A stretch of 62,549 bases of DNA, counting the filler, from an uncultured Myxococcia bacterium (GTDB lineage Bacteria > CAZTWC01), in assembly GCA_964617105.1 (NCBI GenBank). It is 23 parts of 23 records of this genome, joined end to end, with 100 filler letters (N's around TTAATTAATTAA, not from the genome) between each part and the next. Parts side by side here need not be neighbours in the genome. Positions count along the whole stretch, not along the records: positions 1 to 2,737 come from CAZTWC010000405.1; positions 2,838 to 5,566 come from CAZTWC010000406.1; positions 5,667 to 8,392 come from CAZTWC010000407.1; positions 8,493 to 11,215 come from CAZTWC010000408.1; 19 more parts are not named here. One strand, given 5' to 3'. Position 1 is the first letter of the stretch; each line of letters starts with the position of its first letter. Below are positions 1 to 8,940 of this stretch, piece by piece. A program made the position numbers and the translations under genes. The notes under the pieces are model-generated. The model saw nothing but the letters and a program-made list of their open reading frames with translations. It was not told the origin of the DNA and ran no database searches.

Positions 1-720
1 TTTGCCACCATAAAAATCGAGAAGATGTCTCTCCCTCTCTTTATTCCACCGGGGCGTTATCCAGGTAGGCCAGTGAAAAAGAGACCAGTCAGGAGACTTG
101 GTTACTTTGTAGTAATACGTGCCCCGGATACCATTGGGAGTGGAATAGACCCTCATCCTGCCATCTTCCAAAAGGCACATCCTGAGCGCCTTCCAGGCTT
201 TGTCCGTTATAAAAGCCGCCTCATCCACATAGAGCATCCGCACATGTAATGAACGAAATGCCTCCCCATAAGGACCGCCCGGTCTGAAGTGGATAACTGT
301 GCCATTGGAAAACTCCACTTTGAAGTAGGGCTTTCTGAACACTTTGGGAGCACCAGATTTGTTTTTGGCAATACTGGCCTGCAGATCGAGACAATTTTCC
401 ACCTGAAATTCAAATTCATCTATCAGAGTATCAAGTTGGGCCTGGTGAGGCGCCGCTACCAGGGCGGAACCTCCTCTGGTTGTAAATGCATAGTGGAGTA
501 GATGGGTTATCAGCGATACGGTTTTACCCGTGTCCCGGCCATCCTTGTGAACGATAAATCGGGCATCAGAGCGCAGGTCCTCTTTCTGGTGGGACCAGTA
601 TTTTCGCCTGGATTTATCACGGTTCAGTAAAAAGAACTCTCCCCATTTGACCTGGTCATTTATTATGGCAATTACTCTGCTTCTGTCCATTTCGTGTATC
701 GGCAATCTTGGCCTTGGCAT
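1..720 (-). CDS. Phage terminase large subunit, N-terminal ATPase domain (3' end runs off the window; absent from the ORF track)
   Basis: Manual translation from ATG at 720 (SD AGGAGG just upstream) is open for 240 codons to position 1. It starts MPRPRLPIHEMD and shows a Q-motif YWSHQ, Walker A HKDGRDTGKT, Walker B MLYVDEAAF and coupling motif YSTPNG. Confidence 0.88.
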   Translation of the reverse strand, partial: MPRPRLPIHEMDRSRVIAIINDQVKWGEFFLLNRDKSRRKYWSHQKEDLRSDARFIVHKDGRDTGKTVSLITHLLHYAFTTRGGSALVAAPHQAQLDTLIDEFEFQVENCLDLQASIAKNKSGAPKVFRKPYFKVEFSNGTVIHFRPGGPYGEAFRSLHVRMLYVDEAAFITDKAWKALRMCLLEDGRMRVYSTPNGIRGTYYYKVTKSPDWSLFHWPTWITPRWNKERERHLLDFYGGK

Positions 721-833
721 TTTTTTAACCTCCTACTTCTCCAAATCAGTTAATCCTTTAACTTCTTTAACTTCTTTATTTCCTCTAGCCCCGCTAACTA
801 GTTAAAATTTATTTGCGATTTCGACTTTAATCA

Positions 834-864
834 CTTGACTTGTTTCAAAAGGGAAGCATTCATG
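834..864 (+). promoter_or_regulatory. Promoter-like motif copy 1 (CTTGACTTG-N9-GGAAGCA-N2-CATG) upstream of 910..1563
   Basis: TTGACT at 835-840; the same motif with identical spacing recurs at 1680-1710. Confidence 0.55.
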
Positions 865-909
865 GACACGTCGATGACATAAAACCCTTACCAGTAAAGG
901 AGATGAGCC

Positions 910-1563
910 ATGAACGAAACGACCATCGAATCCACAACTATTGAAACCACGATTACTGAAACAGCAGCCCCTAAAACCATCACCCAGGCCTTGCCCGAGT
1001 ATCTTGAATACCTGAAAGGCCAAAGCAAAAAAGAGTCCACCATAAACACCATTGGCCGATTGCTGAAACATCTTGTTGGCCACCTGGGAGAGCAAAAGCA
1101 GATGGGCAAAATCCTGCCCGCCCATATCGCCGGCTTTTTTAAAAGCAACCGGGCCACCAAAGTAAAAGGTCGCCCCATGGCTGAACCTACCAGGTTGCAG
1201 ATCCGCCGGGTGACCAGGCAATTTCTGGTTTGGACCAATGAGACCGGAATGATTGACAAGGTTCCATTGCCCAGGGAGGAGATGAAACTGGTTAAGCCGG
1301 GGCTTTGTAATACTAGGCAAGGCGAGCAGGGCACTCAAAGCAGCAGCCAGGATAATCAAGACAATCAGGGCCACCAGAGCGACAGCGGACAGGAGAATCA
1401 GGACAATCAAGATAATCCGAGCGAACAGAGCGGCCAGGAGGAGCAGGGCGTCAGTCAGCCTGAGCCAGAAGATACAATCACAGTTCAGGAGAACAATACT
1501 GACAGCAGCCCCGACAGTAACGACAGCAGGGGAGAGAGTGACGACACTGTTAGAGATAACTGA
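910..1563 (+). CDS. Stand-alone integrase SAM-like/core-binding domain protein with Q/D/N/S-rich disordered tail
   Basis: TITQALPEYLEYLKGQSKKESTINTIGRLLKHL...ILPAHIAGFF resembles the tyrosine-recombinase N-terminal helical bundle. No catalytic R-H-R-Y motif. SD AAGGAG upstream; QDN repeats in the tail. Confidence 0.7.
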   Translation: MNETTIESTTIETTITETAAPKTITQALPEYLEYLKGQSKKESTINTIGRLLKHLVGHLGEQKQMGKILPAHIAGFFKSNRATKVKGRPMAEPTRLQIRRVTRQFLVWTNETGMIDKVPLPREEMKLVKPGLCNTRQGEQGTQSSSQDNQDNQGHQSDSGQENQDNQDNPSEQSGQEEQGVSQPEPEDTITVQENNTDSSPDSNDSRGESDDTVRDN

Positions 1564-1602
1564 ACAAGATACTGAGTTAGAACACTTTAGAGTGATCAAC
1601 CT

Positions 1603-1632
1603 GGGCGCTGGGAATACTCCGGCGCCTCTTTT
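1603..1632 (+). terminator. Probable intrinsic terminator after 910..1563
   Basis: GGCGCTGG...CCGGCGCC stem followed by TCTTTT. Confidence 0.5.
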
Positions 1633-1679
1633 AGTTCCAGTGGTTTTCGCAAAAAGTATTGATAATATTAGACAATTGT

Positions 1680-1710
1680 CTTGACTTGGAATCAAATGGA
1701 AGCAAACATG
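1680..1710 (+). promoter_or_regulatory. Promoter-like motif copy 2 upstream of the tyrosine recombinase
   Basis: CTTGACTTGGAATCAAATGGAAGCAAACATG, colinear with 834-864. Confidence 0.55.
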
Positions 1711-1797
1711 TGCATGTGAAAAGGAGAGAGTGACAGAGAGAGTAACTATGACAAGAAAAGAGAACACAAAGGACAATAGAGAGGAGGACCTGATAAG

Positions 1798-2737
1798 ATG
1801 ATAATCAAAGAGAGTATCGAAAACTTCCTTACCAGCATGGCCGCCCAGGGAAAAAGCCCGCTTACCATCGATGTCTACAAACGGGAACTGGAGCGGCTTC
1901 ATCTTTTTACCGGCAACCTGAATATCGCTAATTTTACCAGCGATATTGTAAACCGGTATATCATCTCCGACCTGACCACCAAGTCTGATAACGGCAAGGA
2001 CCGCAGCGAGATCACGGTATCTCGAACCAAAGCCATCCTGCGCTCCTTTGGCCGCTACCTGGAGGACGAAGATATTTTGACCAAAAACCCGGCCAAGCGC
2101 CTTACCATAAAACGGCCCCAGAAAAAAGCCCCCGTCTATCTGACCCCAGAGGAGAGAAAAAAACTTATTAGGGCCATCAGCCAACAGAGAGGTGAAGCCG
2201 CTGAGCGGGACCTGGTTATCATCGAACTCTTTTTGGGTACTGGCATTCGGCTGGCCGAACTTATTGGCCTCGACATTTGCGATGTAAGGCTGGATGACAA
2301 AAAAATAGATATCAAGGCAAAGGGAGGAAGAAAAGAGAGCCGGTTTATCAACAGTAAACTCCGCCGCCTTCTGAAAGCCTGGCTCCGGAAGAGACGGGAT
2401 GATAATAGTAGTGTCATTATCACTAACAGCCAAAGCGGCCAGACTAGTCAATCCAGCCAATCCAGCCAATCCAGCCAATCGGGACAACCGCTTTTTATCT
2501 CCAACCGCAGAACCAGGATTACCGCCCGCCAGGTGGAGCGACGCTTCACACAGTGGCTCCATTGGGCAGGCATTGCCAATGATGGCAACAACCGTAAACT
2601 CACCATCCACTCCCTGCGACACACCTTTGCCACCAATCTCTATGGCAAGACCCGAAACCTGATTTTGACCTCCAAGGCCCTCGGCCACCGTCAGGTTAGC
2701 ACCACTCAGATCTATACCCACCTCTTTGACTATGAAC
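1798..2737 (+). CDS. XerC/XerD-like tyrosine recombinase/integrase (last codons lost at contig end)
   Basis: Catalytic residues: GIRLAEL (R), KAKGG (K), HSLRH (HxxR), LGH and TTQIY (Y). N-terminal SAM-like domain; QSS-repeat insertion before PLFIS. Confidence 0.92.
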
Positions 2738-2837
2738 NNNNNNNNNNNNNNNNNNNNNNNNNNNNNNNNNNNNNNNNNNNNTTAATTAATTAANNNNNNN
2801 NNNNNNNNNNNNNNNNNNNNNNNNNNNNNNNNNNNNN

Positions 2838-3943
2838 GCCCCTTCCCCGGGCCGGCAGACAAACAAATGCTCTTTAGCCAGGGAGGCATCTCCCCGCTTG
2901 GCGCTGATCTGGTATTGGTGTTCCTTGGACTTCATCCGGGATGATTTGCCACAGGAGGAGATGATATTCTTGATCTCTTTTTCTGTTGGAAACGCCTGGT
3001 CCCGGTAACTGATTATCCAATGGGGAATGTGTTTGGCAGCGGTCAGAAAGTCACTGAAAAACTGGTTGGCGTTGGTCCGGGTGACACCTTTGTGCTTTGT
3101 CCGATATGTCTTGGTTACCGAGTCCTGGTTGATTTCCAACCCCTCCCAGTTGACCATCAAACCCTCGATAAAATGATAGGTTTTTTCGTAATTGGTTTGG
3201 GAGAAAATAGTCGAATACGGCGGATCATAATAGGCCAAATCAGCCTTCACCTTGGGTGAAAGGGTCAAGATGTCCTGATTATAGGCTTTACAAGGCCGCT
3301 CTCCTTTGAACACCAGGTTACTGATAGTCTGGCAATTTTTCTTAAACCGTTCTTTGAATTGTTCCGGCGAGTCCTGCTTGTCATCATGTGATCGGGTTGT
3401 TCCAAAGTGCCCAAAACCCCCCTTGCCAACAATACAACTTTTGCCCAGGGCGAAAAGACCGATGCTTTTTTTGTAACCAGATAAAAAATCGATATTGGCC
3501 CGGATACTGTCGATAATGACGTGAGTGCCTCGGGAAAAATAGATGCCCTTGAAAATCCGCTGGACGATATCACCCGCTTTGTCATTGGGTTTTAGGAGGT
3601 TTTCGATTTCATCATCGGTTAGTTTTTCGCTGTCGTTTTGGACAATAGCCCGGGCGATGTGATAACAGTAACGCAGCCGGTCGTTGCTGATTACCGCCAA
3701 CCCCTTTTGCTTTAACATATAGCCCACACAGGAGGAGCCGGCAAAGATGTCGGCCGCTGATTTGACATTGTCCGGCACCTGGGCCCATATCCAATCGAGA
3801 AGCCTTTGCTTGCTGCCGATGTAGTTGGTCTGATATCTAGGCTCGTCCTTTGCCAGGGCTGACAACGCGCCATCAGTGATGAAATCTATAAATTCAGATT
3901 CTGATTCCAACAGAAATCTAATTTTGTCTCTGTCTGTAATCAT
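2838..3943 (-). CDS. Dam/D12-class N6-adenine DNA methyltransferase (C-terminus open at contig end)
   Basis: NYIGSK, motif I DIFAGSSCVG, motif IV YYDPPY, and ISY. Confidence 0.9.
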
Positions 3944-4479
3944 ATTTTTTTCTCACCTAATTTTCTGTTTTGATATTAGGGCAAGTAAGGCATCACTTAA
4001 CCCTTGCTATCCCTTGCCGCGTCGATCAGTGCCAATGCATTGTATAATCGACTTAATCAGGGAAAAAACCCATGCAAGTAGACCTCTCCCCAATTTCTGT
4101 CTTAATTTTATCACGGTGGTAGAGCGGTGAAAAACGCGAGGCTATGAACTTTTCTTCAGAAAAACTATTCATAACCATTGAAAAGTGTGTAATTTAAACC
4201 ACTTAAAGATTTGTCCAAAGACAGGCTGAAGGCCCGGATTTGCCCTGTTTTGGAAGTGAAAAAGTGGTTTACAGCAAAATGCCTGAAATATTAGCGGGTT
4301 AGAACCAACAGGCTCTTTTAAGACTATTTGAGCAAAATATTGTAACACTCGGCCACTTTCTATCGCCGCCAAATTGCCAATTAGATTATCTTCGGGATAT
4401 AAAATATCAATCACGATAATTGATGGAAACGAAGCAAAAGAAGAAAAATAGGCAGGGTAATTAAGGAATGAGGATGATA

Positions 4480-4944
4480 CTATTGCCATCTGCCTCCGGG
4501 ACATTCATGGCCAATTTGGCCAAGTCTTTGAACCAGGTGAGGACCGGCCAGGTAAGTGTAAGCCGAATAGACCCGCCCATCATCAGTGGTTACTTCGACT
4601 ATTTTCCGTAAAAAAAGGCTGGTTTCCGGAGTGGCTGGCCGGTATCCTTCCAGGTAATCCAGCCGGGAAAGTACCGCCTCAATACCGTTATTATCAAAAA
4701 AATACAACTCCCCATGTACCTGGCCATGGCCGTCAATCATGGCCGGATAGCCATAAACCAGGGCATACAAACGCCCCTGGACAGTGGCCGGCATTATCTT
4801 TTTGGCCGAGGATACCAGCCGGTGGTTTGCCTCGCCCCTCATTAGCGTACCATACACAAATGCAGCAGTAATATTTTGCTGTTGCTGTTGCCGTTGCTGT
4901 CGCCATTGCTGTTGTTGTGGCTGTTCCTCTTTCGCTATCATCAT
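4480..4944 (-). CDS. Gamma-glutamylcyclotransferase (AIG2/YtfP-like) with N-terminal poly-Q
   Basis: FVYGTLMRGEANH, GYPAM, VHGELY and LDYLEGY; ATGA overlap with the upstream gene. Confidence 0.88.
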   Translation of the reverse strand: MMIAKEEQPQQQQWRQQRQQQQQNITAAFVYGTLMRGEANHRLVSSAKKIMPATVQGRLYALVYGYPAMIDGHGQVHGELYFFDNNGIEAVLSRLDYLEGYRPATPETSLFLRKIVEVTTDDGRVYSAYTYLAGPHLVQRLGQIGHECPGGRWQ

Positions 4945-5399
4945 ACCGCCTCCCGCCCAAAATGCTCCTGCCAGACCGGGGTTACCAGATGGGCAAGATC
5001 AAGTCCGTATCGCTCATAGCCCCGGGCAATGGTCTTTAAATACGCCAGAGTCGGGCAGCCCTGAAGTTTATCCTGGTGGATATAGACAAAGGCCTTTACC
5101 CAAGTGTTCTCCAGGATTTTGACTTTCAACTTCCGCCTGTTATAGACAAAAGGGTAACCCTCAAATCGATCAAGCCGGTCTAGATCAGCAGGTGTCACCC
5201 GGTAGACAACCCCGGCTGTGCAGACCCCAGATTTTCTCTTTACAGTGGCCACCGCCCCGCCCCAAATTCGTGACTTTCCGGCAAAAGATAGTTTCCATCC
5301 CGATAGCACCGCCGGTCCCACCGGTATTGCACCAGGACAGCGCCTCTGCATCTGCTCTAAATTGATATTACTGCCATAGGCGAAATTATAGATGGTCAT
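4941..5399 (-). CDS. Gamma-glutamylcyclotransferase (GGCT/AIG2_2-like)
   Basis: NFAYGSNINLEQMQRRCPGA and LDRFEGYPFVY; SD AAGGAG. Confidence 0.9.
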   Translation of the reverse strand: MTIYNFAYGSNINLEQMQRRCPGAIPVGPAVLSGWKLSFAGKSRIWGGAVATVKRKSGVCTAGVVYRVTPADLDRLDRFEGYPFVYNRRKLKVKILENTWVKAFVYIHQDKLQGCPTLAYLKTIARGYERYGLDLAHLVTPVWQEHFGREAV

Positions 5400-5411
5400 C
5401 CGGTTGTCTCC

Positions 5412-5566
5412 TTATTTAACTTCAATGGCGCCGCCATAAGTCAGCAGCCCGTGGATAAACTTCTGGGCTTTCTCCTCTATCGTTTTAGCAGTCACATTGA
5501 TGGCAATGCCAATCAGCATCTTAAAATTCTTGGCCATATTATCGATATACTCCTCATCACTCTTGT
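5412..5566 (-). CDS. C-terminal fragment of the gene upstream of the GGCT pair (possibly amidotransferase/amidoligase-cluster protein)
   Basis: Open frame KSDEEYIDNMAKNFKMLIGIAINVTAKTIEEKAQKFIHGLLTYGGAIEVK*; its stop overlaps the SD of 5399. Confidence 0.55.
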
Positions 5567-5667
5567 NNNNNNNNNNNNNNNNNNNNNNNNNNNNNNNNNN
5601 NNNNNNNNNNTTAATTAATTAANNNNNNNNNNNNNNNNNNNNNNNNNNNNNNNNNNNNNNNNNNNNT

Positions 5668-5931
5668 GCCTGGGCGGAAGGCTGTATTGAAGAAGGGGTT
5701 TGTAAAGCAGGAGAGAAACAAACGCAAAAATGTGGAGCCTGCAACAGTGGAGAGAGGGAGCGGAAGTGTGACCAGACCTGCCATTGGGGACCCTGGAGTA
5801 GTTGCATAGAGATGGTGGCCTGTAAACCAGGAGAGACTGAATCCAGTTCAGAAGACTGTGGAAGCGGCCAGACTAAGAGTAGGGATTGTTTGAGTAATTG
5901 TGCGTGGTCAGGCTGGGGCAGTTGTCATTAA
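5668..5931 (+). CDS. C-terminal fragment of a Cys-rich protein with thrombospondin-1-like WxxWxxC repeats (not in the ORF track)
   Basis: AWAEGCIEEGVCKAGEKQTQKCGACNSGERERKCDQTCHWGPWSSC...CLSNCAWSGWGSCH*. Confidence 0.8.
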   Translation, partial: AWAEGCIEEGVCKAGEKQTQKCGACNSGERERKCDQTCHWGPWSSCIEMVACKPGETESSSEDCGSGQTKSRDCLSNCAWSGWGSCH

Positions 5932-5937
5932 CCTGTC

Positions 5938-6057
5938 GGGCAACGATAACGGCGCATCTGCGGCGTTGCCGGAAGCGATTTAATCCTCGACGTATTATAT
6001 ATACGCCTGCGGTTAAATCGCTTCCGGCGCCTTGCATCTGCACCGTTCTCGTTGCCC
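5938..6057. repeat. Palindromic REP/MITE-like element, full copy
   Basis: Nested stems GGGCAACGATAACGG/CCGTTCTCGTTGCCC and GCCGGAAGCGATTTAA/TTAAATCGCTTCCGGC around the core TCCTCGACGTA-TTATATA-TACGCCTGCGG; lies between convergent genes. Confidence 0.85.
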
Positions 6058-6111
6058 TTAGTTTGGTAGGTTTTTGATAATAACTCATCATCATCGTTGT
6101 TATCCGCAACT

Positions 6112-6222
6112 TTAAATCCTCGACGTATTATATATACGCCTGCGGTTAAATCATTTTGTGCGCCTTGCATCTGCACCACTATCGTCGCCCTTGGTTTGGC
6201 GGTGATAGCGGCCATCTGAGGC
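6112..6222. repeat. Tandem partial copies of the same palindromic element
   Basis: AATCCTCGACGTATTATATATACGCCTGCGGTTAAATC...GCGCCTTGCATCTGCACC repeats 5982-6044; a short 5'-half remnant GCGGCCATCTGAGGC follows at about 6208. Confidence 0.8.
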
Positions 6223-6237
6223 TGACGCTGATTTATC

Positions 6238-6744
6238 CTAAATCCAGAATTCCCAGGCGCAGTAATGATCAGGGTTTTGGGGATCTGGGGGGCAGGTTAG
6301 ACATTTTGTTTTAATTCGTTCGTCAATGGTGGCGGCAAAACCAGAGTACTCAATTAATCCTACCGGCTTACAGGGAAAATCGGGCAGGCCTTTGCGGCGT
6401 CTAGCCAACTGAACCCGACACTCTCGCATAAAGAAGTGCAGTTTTCCATCCTCTGTCCAATTACTTTCCTGAATATTTACCGCTGCATAAAGTCTGTATT
6501 TCAAGGCCTCTTCAAGAGTTTTTAACCCTCCTTGCCTGGGCAGTTCAAAGGTTTTCATAATTCTTTTGGCTTCGGCTACGGTAAATCTTTCCCAGGATTT
6601 ACTGTCCAATTGGATAGCGGTCTCAAGATCATATTTTTCCTCTGCGGCTAAAAACCAGCACCCATCGTGGGCCAACCAATTTTTGCCGTAACATGCTATT
6701 ACTTTTAATAGTTCCTGCCTGGACAGGTGTTGGAAGTGCTTCAT
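6238..6744 (-). CDS. DUF6125-like protein (V4R-type Cys-containing ligand-binding fold)
   Basis: KNWLAHDGCWF, ECRVQLARRRKGLPDFPCKPVG and CLTCPPD...CAWEF; start re-set to ATG 6744 behind an AAGGGG SD. Confidence 0.75.
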   Translation of the reverse strand: MKHFQHLSRQELLKVIACYGKNWLAHDGCWFLAAEEKYDLETAIQLDSKSWERFTVAEAKRIMKTFELPRQGGLKTLEEALKYRLYAAVNIQESNWTEDGKLHFFMRECRVQLARRRKGLPDFPCKPVGLIEYSGFAATIDERIKTKCLTCPPDPQNPDHYCAWEFWI

Positions 6745-6830
6745 GTCAAAGAATCCCCTTTTAGGTTGCAAATAACCCTGAATTTCAATAAGATATTATA
6801 TTATTGAATTTTTAACGTTGGAGTAAAAAT

Positions 6831-8392
6831 ATGTCAATAAAATATTTGAAAGTTATTATTTTTTGGAGTGTTTTATTATTATTTTTAGGCTGTAAAAAAG
6901 AGGAAGATGGATGTAGCAGCAATAGCGACTGCAAGACCGGTGAAAGATGTTTTTCCGGAAGTTGTATTATCATGAGTAGTTCTGATGGAGGTAGTTGCCA
7001 ACCAGGCGAAGAATCGGCAGTGACTTGCACCGCCAGCGATGAGTGTCAGGCTGGGGAGATCTGCAGTTCCGGCCGGTGCATTTTTAACGACTGCGGTGAG
7101 GAGGGCAAAAAAGCCAGCGGCGTGGCCATCTCTTGCAAGGCGGATAGAGATTGTCAGTTGGGAGAGGTTTGCAATTATTCTCGCTGTGTGTTCAAAAATT
7201 GCGATGGAAGCGTTTCTGATGGAGGTGTAAGCGATGGTGGCGGCAGTACAGGAACTGCTTCTGATGGCACAACTATTAATTTGCGGGTAACTCCTACCCG
7301 TATTTATACTGGAGGTGAGGAATCAGAGGTTGTCGCCAGGGTATTTAAAGACAAAAAAATCGTACCAGAAGGCACAGAAGTGATTTTTCAGATGTTCCCC
7401 AATCCAGGTAAAGAGGTGGCTTTCTTTAAATCCGACAGTGTCGGTTCTGGTAAAATAAAACTAAAAACCAATAAAGAGGGTGAAGCCAGGGTAATAGTAG
7501 TTAGCGGGCAAAAACCTGGTGGAGTTAATATTGTAGCCAGTTCTGGGACCAAAGAGGAAGATACCAGGCTGGTGATAGAGGTGCGTCCCCGACCGGTGCT
7601 GCAGTTTGTCAGTGCCATCCCCGGAACTATCGGCATCAAGGGCTCTTCCAAGGATGTGCCATCGATTGTTACTTTTTCTATAAAGGATCGAAATGGCCAA
7701 CCTTTTCCGGATGGGGAGAAAATAAAATTTTGGATTCAGGACCCCTGCGAACTCAAAGAGCCGCCGCCGGCCAATTGTCCTCCCCGGGTAGCCAATCTTG
7801 ATCCGCCTATTAACTATATCAGTGGCGGCAAAGGACAGGTTTCCACAAATTTACGGGCTTTGGGGGTGGTAGGCACCTTACAGATCACTGCATCCTATAC
7901 CGATCCTAAGACCAATATCGAATACACTGTCCCATCCCCCCCAATCGCCATTGTCAACGGCGTTCCCTCTCACAAAGGCTTAAGCCTGGTCTGCACCAAG
8001 CAGAACATTCAGGGGCTTCCCTGGCAAAGCCTGGTCAACAGATGTTGTTTGGTGGTAAAAGATCGTGACAATGCCCAGGCAGACGAAGACTTGCAAGTCC
8101 AATTTTTTACCGAGGCGGGATCTTTTCCTCAAAAAGTAACTACTGATAAGTATGGCGAGGCAGTGGCTGAGCTAAGAACTAGCAATTCCAATGATATTGT
8201 ACCCGATAATTGGGGCATCTACCAGTCGGGTATAGTGGATGATATCAAAGTTGGCAACACCCTCTGCCTGGCACTGAGCAAGCACCGGCCCAAAGCCTGC
8301 CAGGAATTAAAAGATGTTATCGACACCTTGCTCACCAATACCGGCAATCCCAGTTTGACATCTTTTATTAGTCAGTGTGGCAACCAAATAAA
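6831..8392 (+). CDS. Lipoprotein with Cys-rich CxxxxDC repeats and invasin/Big-1-like Ig domains (3' partial)
   Basis: Lipobox LFLGC; three CxxxxDC/EC-xxGExC repeats; TNKEGEARV, DRNGQPFPDG and TDKYGEA beta-strand motifs. Confidence 0.75.
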
Positions 8393-8492
8393 NNNNNNNN
8401 NNNNNNNNNNNNNNNNNNNNNNNNNNNNNNNNNNNNTTAATTAATTAANNNNNNNNNNNNNNNNNNNNNNNNNNNNNNNNNNNNNNNNNNNN

Positions 8493-8604
8493 CTCGGTAC
8501 CAAATCTAGTTCCTTTTGAAAAGCTTCATCAACAATTTCTGCTCCTGAAGCCTTGATGACTTTTGGGTGCTCCAAATCTCTCCAATGACACGTCCAAGTA
8601 TCAT
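8493..8604 (-). pseudogene. Second EutN/CcmL (BMC-P) paralog, N-terminus only; frame closes at TAG 8506-8508
   Basis: MILGRVIGEIWSTQKSSRLQEQKLL matches the BMC-P N-terminus; ATGA overlap with 8601..8876; lies at a contig edge. Confidence 0.6.
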
Positions 8605-8876
8605 ATCGCCCTATCTTCCAGGTTATAGCCGTCCACAATGGCTAAAACCGCAGTCTTGAAAGGAACTGTATGGTCAAAAACTATATTGATTATCCTGGTT
8701 CCGGTGCCAACAATCACATATTCACCAATACCAGCGCCCAGGGTATCGATGGCCAGGATAATATCTTTGCCATGATCCTGGAACCGCAGAGGCCGCACCT
8801 GCAGAATTTTAAAGGGTCGTAACTCCTCCGCCATCCTGGTGCCCCAAACACTTCCTATTACTTTTGCCAATTGCAT
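8601..8876 (-). CDS. EutN/CcmL family bacterial microcompartment vertex protein (BMC-P)
   Basis: MQLAKVIGSVWGT...LAIDTLGAGIGEYVIV...AVLAIVD. Confidence 0.9.
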   Translation of the reverse strand: MQLAKVIGSVWGTRMAEELRPFKILQVRPLRFQDHGKDIILAIDTLGAGIGEYVIVGTGTRIINIVFDHTVPFKTAVLAIVDGYNLEDRAI

Positions 8877-8889
8877 AGGTTTAAATATT

Positions 8890-8916
8890 AAAAAACCCCC
8901 GACCAGGCCGGGGGTT
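8890..8916 (-). terminator. Intrinsic terminator of the atp operon
   Basis: Stem AACCCCCG/CGGGGGTT followed by a U-run on the minus strand. Confidence 0.75.
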
Positions 8917-8940
8917 AAATAAGGGCAGATGCGCCGCTAT

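Noticed and set aside
25-501. Short ORFs 25..249, 207..419 and 289..501
   Set aside because: They overlap the terminase frame (720 to 1), which has clear ATPase motifs.
802-2721. 639-aa minus-strand ORF
   Set aside because: Antisense shadow of the two plus-strand integrase-related genes, which carry the real motifs and SD sites.
4169-4504. 111-aa minus-strand ORF between GGCT and MTase
   Set aside because: No recognisable motif or SD; the region looks like AT-rich spacer or decayed sequence.
5873-6215. ORFs 5873..6109 and 5928..6215, and the repeat pair as a mini CRISPR array
   Set aside because: The ORFs are translations of the palindromic repeats. The repeat units are long, hairpin-forming, only two, and lack a repeat-spacer period.
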